This document shows positions 1-15,561 of a stretch of 64,000 nt of DNA, in pieces (positions within the stretch are counted from its first letter, which is position 1; each line of letters begins with the position of its first letter). The stretch is from assembly GCF_009914755.1 (NCBI RefSeq), contig NC_060926.1, one strand, 5' to 3'. Origin of the DNA: the human T2T-CHM13v2.0 reference genome, Homo sapiens. The notes below the pieces were generated by a model that made no database searches, had not been told where the DNA came from, and was given only the letters and a program-made list of their open reading frames with translations. Both the position numbers and the translations under genes were made by a program.

Positions 1-130
<130 letters not shown>

Positions 131-882
131 TTCAATCCAAGTTCATGCGAAATACAAAAATTAACTCAAAATGGATCATAAACCTAAGTGAAAAACCTAA
201 AATTCTAACATTTCTAGAATAAAACATAAAAGAACATTTTTGTGACCTTGGGTTAAGCAAAAATCTCTTAGATCACACACCAAAAGCATGATCCATGATT
301 TCAAGATACATGATAACCACACAAAAATCAACTGTATTTCTGTATACTAGGAATCAACAATTGAGTATCAGAATATGAAATACTTATAAATAATTCTGAT
401 AAATAAATAATTCTGACAAAATATGTGAAAAACCTGCACACTCAAAACTATAAAACATTGCTGAGAGAACTGAGGAAGTCCTAAATAAATGAATAGATAT
501 ACCAAATAATATGTAACAATAAAGAATAAAGTGATTAGTTGTACTCCCTCAAAGTTTAAAACTGCTGAGCTCCAAAAGACACCATTTAGAGAATTAAAAA
601 GCAAGCTCTGACTTGGAGAAGACATTTACAATGCATACAGCTGACAAAGAACTTACACTCAGCATGTAAAAAGAACTCTCAAAACTCTATAAAAAGATGA
701 CAACAGAAGTTTTTAAATAGGCAAGAGATTTGAACAGACACTTCCCCAAAGAAGATATATGGATGACAATGAGCACAGGAAATATGCTTAACATCACCAG
801 TCATTAAGCAAATGCAAATTAAAACCACAGTGAAATATTATCACACACCTATCAGAATGACTAAAATTAAAAAGACTGACCA

Positions 883-1779
883 GGGGGGTGGAGCCAAGAT
901 GGCCCAATAGGAACAGCTCCGGTCTACAGCTCCCAGCGTGAGCGACGCAGAAGACGGGTAATTTCTGCATTTCCATCTGACGGTTCATCTCACTAGGGAG
1001 TGCCAGACAGTGGGCGCAGGACAGTGGGTGCAGCGCACCGTGCACGAGCTGAAGCAGGGCGAGGCATTGCCTCACTCGGGAAGTGCAAGGGGTCAGGGAG
1101 TTCCCTTTCTGAGTCAAAGAAAGGGGTGACGGACGCACCTGGAAAATCGGGTCACTCCCACCCAAATACTGTGCTTTTCCTGCGGGCTTAAAAAACGGCG
1201 CACCACGAGATTATATCCCGCACCTGGCTCGGAGGGTCCTACGCCCACGGAGTCTCGCTGATTGCTAGCACAGCTGTCTGAGATCAAACTGCAAGGCGGC
1301 AGCGAGGCTGGGGGAGGGGCACCCGCCATTGCCCAGGCTTGCTTAGGTAAACAAAGCAGCCGGGAAGCTCGAACTGGGTGGAGCCCACCACAGCTCAAGG
1401 AGGCCTGCCTGCCTCTGTAGGCTCCACCTCTGGGGGCAGGGCACAGACAAACAAAAAGACAGCAGTAACCTCTGCAGACTTAAATGTCCCTGTCTGACAG
1501 CTTTGAAGAGAGCAGTGGTTCTCCCAGCACGCAGCTGGAGATCTGAGAACCGGCAGACTGCCTCCTCAAGTGGGTCCCTGACCCCCGTGCAGCCTAACTG
1601 GGAGGCACCCCCCGCAGCAGGGGCAGACTGACACCTCACATGGCCGGGTACTCCAACAGACCTGCAGCTGAGGGTCCTGTCTGTTAGAAGGAAAACTAAC
1701 AAAAAGAAAGGACATCCACACCAAAAACCCTTCTGTACATCACCATCATCAAAGACCAAAAGTAGATAAAACCACAAAG
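883..1779 (+). promoter_or_regulatory. L1 5'UTR internal sense promoter and antisense promoter; intact YY1 site
   Basis: CAAGATGGCC at 895-904; first ~500 bp CpG-rich. The bidirectional L1PA 5'UTR promoter is established knowledge; activity of this copy is not shown. Confidence 0.75.
1114..1329 (-). CDS. LINE-1 ORF0 (antisense, 71 aa), intact
   Basis: MAGAPPPASLPPCSLISDSCASNQRDSVGVGPSEPG...FSRCVRHPFL* from ATG at 1329 (gcaATGG context), matching the primate L1 ORF0 peptide as recalled. Confidence 0.8.
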   Translation of the reverse strand: MAGAPPPASLPPCSLISDSCASNQRDSVGVGPSEPGAGYNLVVRRFLSPQEKHSIWVGVTRFSRCVRHPFL

Positions 1780-2604
1780 ATGGGGACAAAACAGAACAGA
1801 AAAACTGGAAACTCTAAAAAGCAGAGCGCCTCTCCTCCTCCAAAGGAACACAGCTCCTCACCAGCAACGGAACAAACCTGGACGGAGAATGACTGACGAG
1901 CTGAGAGAAGAAGGCTTCAGATGATCAAATTACTCCAAGCTACAGGAGGAAATTCAAACCAATAGCAAAGAAGTTAAAAACTGTGAAAAAAAAATTAGAC
2001 GAATGGATAACTAGAATAACCAATGCAGAGAAGTCCTTAAAGGAGCTGATGGAGCTGAAAGCCAAGGCTCGAGAACTACGTGAAGAATGCAGAAGCCTCA
2101 GGAGCCGATGCGATCAACTGGAAGAAAGGGTATCAGTGATGGAAGACGAAATGAATGAAATGAAGCAAGAAGGGAAGTTTAGATAAAAAAGAATAAAAAG
2201 AAACGAACAAAGCCTTCAAGAAATATGGGACTATGTGAAAAGACCAAATCTACATCTGATTGGTGTACCTGAAAGTGACGGGGAGAATGGAACCAAGTTG
2301 GAAAACACTCTGCAGGATATTATCCAGGAGAACTTCCCCAATCTAGCAAGGCAGGCCAACATTCAGATTCAGGAAATACAGAGAATGCCACAAAGATACT
2401 CCTGGAGAAGAGCAACTCCAAGACACATAATTGTCAGAATCACCAAAGTTGAAATGAAGGAAAAAATGTTAAGGGCAGCCAGAGGGAAAGGTTGGGTTCC
2501 CCACAAAGGGAAGCCCATCAGACTAACAGCGGATCTCTCGTCAGAAACTCTACAAGCCAGAAGAGAGTGGGGGCCAATATTCAACATTCTTAAAAGAATT
2601 TTCA

Positions 2605-3633
2605 GCTTTCCACAGCGCGGGGGAACCGGAGGCTGCAGGATGGTCAAGCTGACGGCGGAGCTGATCGAGCAGGCGGCGCAGTACACCAACGCAGTGCGCG
2701 ACCGGGAGCTGGACCTCCGGGGGTATAAAATTCCCGTCATTGAAAATCTAGGTGCTACGTTAGACCAGTTTGATGCTATTGATTTTTCTGACAATGAGAT
2801 CAGGAAACTGGATGGTTTTCCTTTGTTGAGAAGACTGAAAACATTGTTAGGGAACAACAACAGAATATGCCGTATAGGTGAGGGACTTGATCAGGCTCTG
2901 CCCTGTCTGACAGAACTCATTCTCACCAATAATAGGCTCGTGGAACTGGGTGATCTGGACCCTCTGGCATCTCTCAAATCGCTGACTTACCTAAGTATCC
3001 TAAGAAATCTGGTAACCAATAAGAAGCATTACAGATTGTATGTGATTTATAAAGTTCCGCAAGTCAGAGTACTGGATTTCCAGAAAGTGAAACTAAAAGA
3101 GCGTCAGGAAGCAGAGAAAATGTTCAAGGGCAAACGGGGTGCACAGCTTGCAAAGGATATTGCCAGGAGAAGCAAAACTTTTAATCCAGGTGCTGGTTTG
3201 CCAACTGACAAAAAGAAAGGTGGGCCATCGCCAGGGGATGTAGAAACAATCAAGAATGCTATAGCAAATGCTTCAACTCTGGCTGAAGTGGAGCGGCTGA
3301 AGGGGTTGCTGCAGTCTGGTCAGATCCCTGGCAGAGAACGCAAATCGGGGCCCACTGGTGATGGTGAAGAAGAGATGGAAGAAGACACAGTCACAAACGG
3401 GTCCTGAGCAGTGAGGCAGATGTATGATAATAGGCCCTCTTGGAACAAGTCTTGCTTTTCGAACATGGTATAATAGCCTTGTTTGTGTTAGCAAAGTGGA
3501 ATCTATCAGCATTGTTGAAATGCTTAAGACTGCTGCTGATAATTTTGTAATATAAGTTTTGAAATATAAATGTCAATTTTCTACAAATTATAAAAATAAA
3601 CTCCACTCACTGTGCTACCAAAAAGAGAAAAAG
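2605..3633 (+). pseudogene. SNRPA1P1: Processed retrocopy of SNRPA1 (U2 snRNP protein A') mRNA with 5'UTR, CDS, 3'UTR and poly(A) remnant; likely SNRPA1P1
   Basis: Intronless; AATAAA at 3595-3600; A-rich tail 3620-3633; 13-bp TSD aaaagaattttca at 2592-2604 and 3634-3646. Symbol assigned from recollection of the locus. Confidence 0.9.
2640..3407 (+). CDS. Uninterrupted 255-aa U2A'-like leucine-rich-repeat ORF (retrocopy; expression unknown)
   Basis: MVKLTAELIEQAAQYTNAVRDRELDLRGYKIPVIENLGATLDQFDAIDFSDNEIRKLDGFP...EEDTVTNGS*; 768 nt; aggATGG Kozak context. Confidence 0.7.
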   Translation: MVKLTAELIEQAAQYTNAVRDRELDLRGYKIPVIENLGATLDQFDAIDFSDNEIRKLDGFPLLRRLKTLLGNNNRICRIGEGLDQALPCLTELILTNNRLVELGDLDPLASLKSLTYLSILRNLVTNKKHYRLYVIYKVPQVRVLDFQKVKLKERQEAEKMFKGKRGAQLAKDIARRSKTFNPGAGLPTDKKKGGPSPGDVETIKNAIANASTLAEVERLKGLLQSGQIPGRERKSGPTGDGEEEMEEDTVTNGS

Positions 3634-3896
3634 AAAAGAATTTTCAACCTAGAATTTCATATCCAGCCAAACTAAGCTTCATAAGTGAAGGAGAAATAAA
3701 ATGCTTTACAGACAAGCAAATGCTGAGAGATTTTGTCACCACCAGGCCTGCCCTAAAAGAGCTCCTGAAGGAAGCATTAAACATGGAAAGGAACAACCGG
3801 TACCAGCCACTGCAAAAACATGCCAAAATGTAAAGACCATCAAGGCTAGGAAGAAACTGCAGCAACTAACGAGCAAAATAACCAGCTAACATCATA

Positions 3897-7722
<3,826 letters not shown>

Positions 7723-9052
7723 GAGAACACTTGGACACAGGGTGGGGAACATCACACTCCGGAGACTGTTGTGGGATAGGGGGAGGGGGGAGGGATAGCA
7801 TTAGGAGATGTACCTAATGCTAAAAGACGAGGTAATGGGTGCAGCACACCAACATGGCACTTGCATACATATGTAACAAACCTGCACATTGTGCACATGT
7901 ACCCTAAAACTTAAAGTATAATAATAATAAAAGAAAATAAAAAAGACTGACCATACCAAATCTTGTCAAGGATGTGGAAGAGTCGGGACTCTCATATACT
8001 GCTGGTGGGACTGTGAAATGTTGCAATCACTTTGAAAAAACACTCAATGTTTTTCAAAAAGTGCTTTTTAACATATACCTACCAGCCATTCCTCACACAC
8101 ATGGTTAGCCAAGAGATATGAACATGTATGCCCATACAAATCCCTGTATTTGAGTGCGCATAGCTGCTTCATTTGTAATAGCCCAGACTGGAAACAATCC
8201 AATGTCCATCAACAGGTAGATAGGAAAACAAACTGTGGTATAGCCGTGTGATGAAATACTCAGCAATGGAAAGAAATAAATCACCGATACACAAAATGAA
8301 TCTCAAAATGATTATGCTGAGTGAAAGAAGATTGATTTTAAAAAGGGCTTGCTATAGGGTTTCATTCATATAAAATTATGAGAAAAGCAAATTGATATAA
8401 GACAAAGCAGACCAGACATTGCCTGGGGCAGGAGAGGGGACAGGCTGGAGGGATTGCAAAGTGCCACAAGGAAACTTTAGGGAGTGACGGACGTGTTCAC
8501 TCTCTTGGTTGTGGTGATTGCTTCGGGGATGCATTTGTATGTCAAAACTTACACCCACCGTATGATCCAGCCATTCCACCCCTAAGTATTTACCCAAGAG
8601 ACATGAAAGCACATGCCCATGCAAAAACCGATGTGTAGTGTCCAGAATTAGATCACTGATGATTCTTTACCAAGAATAGAGTTTCTGGAGTAAACTCCAT
8701 TAAGCTAACTTCTGTTTCTTGGTCAGTTTTCTACGTATTAAAGATGAACCGTTTTCATTTTTTCACATTTCCATTGTAAATTTGCTAAGATTGGATTCAC
8801 CAGAACGTTTTCCCTTGCAAATATTGTAAGATTTCCTATATTGATGAGAGGCACAGCGAGGACCTCTGCCTCTGTGAGTGTCAATATTGTGCATGATCCC
8901 TGCCGCGCCCACTGTTCTGGCATCAGAGTCTTGCCCTGTACAGTTTAGCCACTGTCAAACCATTTTCTTTTATTGTTCCTATCAGTAAACTTCATTATGA
9001 ATTCAGTTTTTACAAATACTTTTCATTTGCTTAGCTGTCCCATGAGAAAACA

Positions 9053-9202
9053 GTGAGCACATCCCTCAGATATCTAAGTGTGCACACCCCTCGGATGTCT
9101 AGGTGGGCACACCCGTCGGATGTCTAGGTGGGCACACCCGTCGGATGTCTAGGTGGGCACACCCCTCGGATGTCTAGGTGGGCACACCCCTTAGATGTCT
9201 AG
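9053..9202. repeat. Minisatellite, 6 x 25 bp
   Basis: Unit gtgggcacacc(c/g)tcggatgtctag-type; units start at 9053, 9078, 9103, 9128, 9153 and 9178; outer units more diverged. Confidence 0.95.
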
Positions 9203-10933
9203 GTCCCTGGAGTTTTGGTTTGTCACACAGCTGGTCATTCTTCCATTTCTCCTGTCACTATGAGCAGGAGACACCTGCTTCACGATCTGAAAGTTTAACC
9301 TTTTCAGGGTTAAACTATCCATAGGAACATGAAGGCAGATCAAAGAGCGTCAATTTTAAAAATGAAAATTGGAACATCTATTACATTGGTAAAGATAGAC
9401 ACATTTGATAAGAACAGTGTCGGCTTAGATGTAGGGAAATGGGCACTCTCATGCATGGAAGGCTAAACATTCCTTCCTAGGAAAGAACTGTGCCACTTTG
9501 TCTTATAAGTATCCCTATTGTGGAAGATCAATTTAGAGACATAAGATGGGCCTGTACACACTAGCATACAAATATCTCTATATTTGCTAAATGGAAAAGC
9601 AAGTCATAGAGTAGTGTGAATGGTGAAAGATCAGGAGATTATGTGGTATGTCACCATATTAATGTGCATGTGAAGTTTCCAGGAATCACGGCTTGAATTC
9701 TCCACCCAGTCTATGGCCTCTCACAGAGTGTTCCTTGAGAGTAGGCCCTGTCTCTCCAAGGAGGCCCAGATGTCAGCTATAGATGATAGGCCCAGGGTAA
9801 GATTTTCTCCATCACTGGGGAGGGAAGAAACTAAGGACAAGGAGCATTTATGGGGAGAGAGAACCAAGAAAATCAACTCTGGATCACAGAAAGCTCAGAA
9901 GAGAAGCAGTGAAGTCTCTGGGGTAGAAAAAAGCTGCTGCTGCTGTAGCTCCACCCCCACTTGTCCAAAACCCCTTTGTGACCGCAGCACACCTTGCCCC
10001 ATACTTCTACGTGCTGGCCCACCTGGCTCTGTGTCTGGCTCAGGGTCACTGAGGGTGAATCCCAAGCTGCCGCTGTTACGGCTTCTGCACGGGGCCTTGC
10101 ATTTTGTATGCTTAGTATTTAGAGAATGTCAAGTGTCTGGCACCAGGGTACAAAGGGAGATTAAGAAACTGGCTTTAGGAGAGAGAGCCTAAAAGTCAAT
10201 AAAATGAATTACCAACTCCAACTTCAGCAGCACCAGCTCTTAGCCAAGGCAGATAGAATGTTTTAAGTGTGATCAACTGTTACTATCCTACAGAGCTATG
10301 GGCCATTCGACTCAATATGCAAGCCCGCCTATGTGGCCAAAGCATTTCAGGGGTCATAAGAGGAAAATGGCAGGCACCAAAGTGCCCCTGCAGATAAGCA
10401 TAAGATTATGCACCAGCAGTCACCACCAGCTGGCCCATGAATGACAGCCCACGTTCATGGGCATTTCTGGTGTGTCAAGACCTGCTTTAATGCTCCGCAT
10501 CTGTCCTTATTTCATGGTCACACAGCCCTCTGGTGGCACATCTTCCCCAGAGCACAGAGCTTATGCGGGGTAGAGCAGGGTATTTGCTTGAACCCAGGTA
10601 GACCAATAAATTTTGAAGATGAAGACTCACAGCTGCTCCATCAGTCCAGGTTCCAGCTCCAGCAGGAAAATGACTGGTCCTTTGAGCTTTCTCAGCCAGG
10701 GTTCCTCCCAACTGCCATGGCACCTTCTCTCTGCCACCTGTCTTGGTAACCGGGGCATAGGACCACCTTGCACTTGACTCACACAAGCAGCTAGGTGGAC
10801 ACACATATGAGTGAAAGCTTGTTGCAATGACTGCTCAGCCAAATGCCAAGGTTTTCTCTCTTTCTGAGACCTGCCATCTTCAGTCTCACAAGGGGTTAAA
10901 CCAGCAGTCAAGTTTTGCATTTTTACTCCCTGA

Positions 10934-11183
<250 letters not shown>

Positions 11184-12136
11184 AGGATTTCTTCCCCAGG
11201 ATTTTGCAAATAGATGTGAACAGTTCCAGGTGACAGCTGCCCCCAGCGTGGGGCAGTGTGGGGCAGGTACTCTATGCACACCAGGGTCATGCCTTGCCTG
11301 GGTTCCTCACCATTCTTGGTGTCTGCTTCTGGCCTTTCCTATTGGTTCTGTGTGACATCTTTGCATCCTTATCACTTAAATGGCTCTAACTGGTTTCTGT
11401 TCCTTGCAATGGAAGGTCTTAAAATAAATAACCCCAAATCCTAAGGAAGCCATTCAAAGCTCACTCAGGGGCATCCAAAAAGTATTCCCCATTGCAATTC
11501 CTAGAAAGCGCTAGCAAAGAATACATTTTTTAATTTGCTCAAATCCAGGAACTAATAAGATTTAACTACAGGCAAGTAATGAACAGGCTTGTTGGTGTCA
11601 ACTGGACACTAACAAGCCACAAGCAAAATTGTGTTTGGTAGTAGACACTTGTTTTGGTGGCTTAGTGGCCTCCTTAGCCTTTGTGTTCTGGGGAGTTCAA
11701 CATTCATGCAGAATCTTCTCTGTGGGTGTCAACACCACCAGCCTCCTGAGAGAAGACTTGGACCCACACCCCCTCTTTCACAGTCAGCTCACTCACAGCT
11801 GCTGCTTTGGGGGTCCACCTCCTTTGACTTGCACATGCAGAGATGGCTCTTTTATTTTCACCATTTGTCGTTTTTCCCTAAGTGTGAAATAAAGACCATC
11901 CCTGGTCTACAGCCCCAGGTCACCTTATTCCAGCATTAAAAATCAAGATTTTAAAAAACACGATTGGCACTAATGTACAAGCAATTCTGCCTTATTGTAG
12001 GGTGAAGGAGAGAGGGTAGATTTTATAGGGGAAATTTGGGTTGGGAGGGGGGATAGGAAGAAGTCCAGAAAGCATCTCTTGATGTATATGCATGTATACA
12101 TACGGATATGTGTGTGTGTATATCTATATATATATG

Positions 12137-12150
12137 TTTATTTATTTATT
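12137..12150 (-). terminator. Overlapping AATAAA poly(A) signals of the acrosin-like last exon
   Basis: tttatttatttatt on + strand, ~60-75 nt downstream of the stop on the minus strand. Confidence 0.75.
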
Positions 12151-12210
12151 TCATCTTTCCTTTTTCTCAGGAGTGAAGGGCTCACTGGGTCTGTTGAGAA
12201 CCAGGTCAGA

Positions 12211-12765
12211 TCAGGAGGTCGAGGTCAGTTCTGGGAGCTCTGTGGTCTCCATGTCATAATGGTTCTTTCCGTCGGAATAGGTCTTCCCCTTCAAGACCTC
12301 TATGAGCTGCTGTAGGCGCTTGGCAAAAGAAAGTCCTTGGGGAAGTTTTGTGGTAGATGAGGGTGTAGGTGGGGGTGGGGGTGGGGGTGGGGGTAAAGGT
12401 GAGGGTGGGGGTGGGGGTGGGGGCGGGGGTGAAGGTGGGGGTCGGGGCTGGGCTGCCGGTGGTCGGGGTGGAAGTGGTCGAGGGGGCGGTTGGAAATACC
12501 AAGGAAGGTGAGCAGAGAGAGGGTGGGAGAAGGGGGGTCGAATCGGGGGCGGTCGAGTGGTGGGAGGTGGAGGGGTGGCCGATTGAATCATACGCAAAGC
12601 GTTAGAACCAATCTTGGAGGCGATCCAGTTCAGATAGGGCCAGGTGGCCGTGTAGATTCCGGGGCGCTTGGCACGGGCACAGCCTACCCCCCAGCTTGTG
12701 ATTCCCACGACCACACAGGCGCTTTCCTTGCTGTCTTTGCACATGAGAGGCCCGCCGCTGTCCCC
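12211..12765 (-). CDS. Acrosin-like last exon (catalytic Ser motif plus proline-rich tail)
   Basis: Acceptor ccttctggacag|GGG GAC AGC GGC; [39 protein letters not shown]...polyPro...[10 protein letters not shown]. Confidence 0.88.
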   Translation of the reverse strand, partial: GDSGGPLMCKDSKESACVVVGITSWGVGCARAKRPGIYTATWPYLNWIASKIGSNALRMIQSATPPPPTTRPPPIRPPFSHPLSAHLPWYFQPPPRPLPPRPPAAQPRPPPSPPPPPPPPPSPLPPPPPPPPPTPSSTTKLPQGLSFAKRLQQLIEVLKGKTYSDGKNHYDMETTELPELTSTS

Positions 12766-13211
12766 CTGTCCAGAAGGACACAGAGGTCACTATCTGCCTG
12801 AGCCACTCTTCCCCTGCCCAGAGGGGTCAGAAGGCTCTGGGAGGACAATTTCCACAGTCACATGGTCTCCTGCTGCTGTAAACGCAAGTGGTTGTAGTAA
12901 AGTTTGAGGGGGTGTCAGGGGCTTCATGTGGGATGTGAGGAGGGTGTGAATTGTCAGGGCTTTCCTTGCAGTGAGATGAGCAAACCCACGTGTCCACAGG
13001 GGCACATGGCAGGGGCAGCCGGTGGCTGTCACCGCTCATCCCCACTGTGAGAGTAGGTGCTAGAAAAGGGACCGGGGAAGCAGTCACTAGAGAAGGGCCC
13101 TGGGCAGAGCAGTGGAGATAGTGGAGCTTGGGGATCCAAAAGGAGGATGTTCTCAGGGGCCGGGAGAGTCCTGGAGGGACCCAGGGGCCCAGAAGCCAGA
13201 AGGAAGGTTAC

Positions 13212-13357
13212 CTGGCAGGTGTCGATCTTGCCTACAGGATACCCCGCGCACACATTGGTTGGCTGAACGTGCTCATTGTACCACTGGGTCGAGTTACACA
13301 AGTCCAGGTCGATGAGATCCACACGTGCCTCCATCAGCATAGATGATGGCCTGGGGG
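13212..13357 (-). CDS. Acrosin-like penultimate exon (146 bp)
   Basis: Acceptor ctgactgtag|CCCCCAGG, donor TGCCAG|gtaacc; [48 protein letters not shown], in frame with the next exon. Confidence 0.88.
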
Positions 13358-14082
13358 CTACAGTCAGACCACTCGGTGGTCAGTGATCACGGGAGACACG
13401 GACAAAAGCCCTGCCTCCTTGCCCCACCGAACCCCATCCTCTGTGATGCTCCAGTTAAACCTCAGACCCATCCAGTCGATGCCCCGACCCCTCCTTATAC
13501 ACCAGAAAGAGCAGACGAGAGGTGGTGGGAGGAGGTGGGGAAACGTTACCCAAATCAAGGCCAGAGGAGAGAGGAAGAGAGGAAGGAAGGGTGGAGGCCC
13601 GTGGACAGGTGGATGGAGGGTGGGTGTGCGTATTAACGATGGATTATGGAGGTTAGTTGCAGTATTGCCAATAACACCTGGTGCGCACCAAGCACTCCCT
13701 GAGTCACATGGTCCCGTTATTCCCGTTTTGGATCAGAAGGCTGGAGCACCGCCCACCCAGGTCACAGTAGAGAGGTGGTGGGGCTGCAGCCTGGCCTCAG
13801 GACTGCTCCTCTCCAGACTCCAGTCTGAGACACACTGTCCGCTCCCACAGTCTGGCTGTAAGCCACTCCCCCTGCTTCTTGTCCCTCTTCAGACCTCCTC
13901 GGCTCAGCTGCGGACGGGATCTGCTGGAGCTGGGTCAGTAAGTCCCTCCCCATATGCTGCACATCTGTTCCGAGGAGACCGCAGGGGAAGCTCGGGCAGC
14001 GCCTCCACACACGGGCAGACCTGGCAGGGGCAGGGGCGGTTGAAACAACCCCGATGCGGACTTCCTCGAAAGCCCCAGACTA

Positions 14083-14524
<442 letters not shown>

Positions 14525-14840
14525 CTACAACCCTGGGGGTGGATCTGGAGGTCACCTGCAGAGCAGATGGGAGCAGACTGAGGTAGGGGCAGACCCAGAA
14601 CATAGCTGCACAGGCCAAGACGGGAGACAGGGGACACACGAGTGACGTGCATAGGGCTCGGCACACAGCAGGCGTCTGGTAAGCGGCTGCTGAAGGAGTG
14701 CTCGCTGGCTTTACGTTTTTTAATCCCCTTAGCCCCTACCTTTTCTTACCATCCAAGCAGCAGTGAGAGTTTTGTACATGCACTGCCCTTGCGGTAGGGG
14801 TGACATTGAAACAACAATGAAAACAATCCTGGCTTATTAG

Positions 14841-15147
<307 letters not shown>

Positions 15148-15264
15148 AAGATGACTTTTTAAGTCTAGGGCAGAGCCCATAGTCTTGAAAGCCATGGGTT
15201 TTATTGTGAAGAGCCAGGTGTCCTCAGACAGAAAAGGGTTTTCTAAATCCCAGCACCTTGGCGG

Positions 15265-15561
<297 letters not shown>

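Larger units (their letters stand above)
1780..3833 (+). pseudogene. L1 ORF1 (ORF1p), disrupted
   Basis: ATG at 1780 (MGTKQNRKTGNSKKQSASPPPKE). A 2-bp deletion gives TGA at 1894-1896, there is a TAA at 2184-2186, and SNRPA1 is inserted at 2605-3633. The C-terminus (EKNFQPRISYPAKLSF...QKHAKM*) resumes at ~3634. Confidence 0.92.
12137..13357 (-). pseudogene. ACRP1: Unprocessed partial duplicate of acrosin (last two exons plus intron); likely ACRP1
   Basis: Two exons with canonical GT-AG sites encode the C-terminal half of acrosin. No sequence encoding the signal peptide, IVGG or His/Asp catalytic exons was recognised upstream in the window. Confidence 0.88.

Noticed and set aside
2235-3407. 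390-aa ORF as an established gene
   Set aside because: The track start is GTG inside a broken L1 ORF1 and the ORF is an insertion chimera; kept only as a hypothesis
9053-9202. 25-bp repeats as a CRISPR array
   Set aside because: Units are directly adjacent with no unique spacers and no cas genes; eukaryotic minisatellite
12254-12605. Gly-rich, (GV)n and (PT)n ORFs and a telomere-like (GGGGGT)n tract
   Set aside because: These are alternative frames and strands of the acrosin polyproline codons; not TTAGGG repeats and not the fusion site
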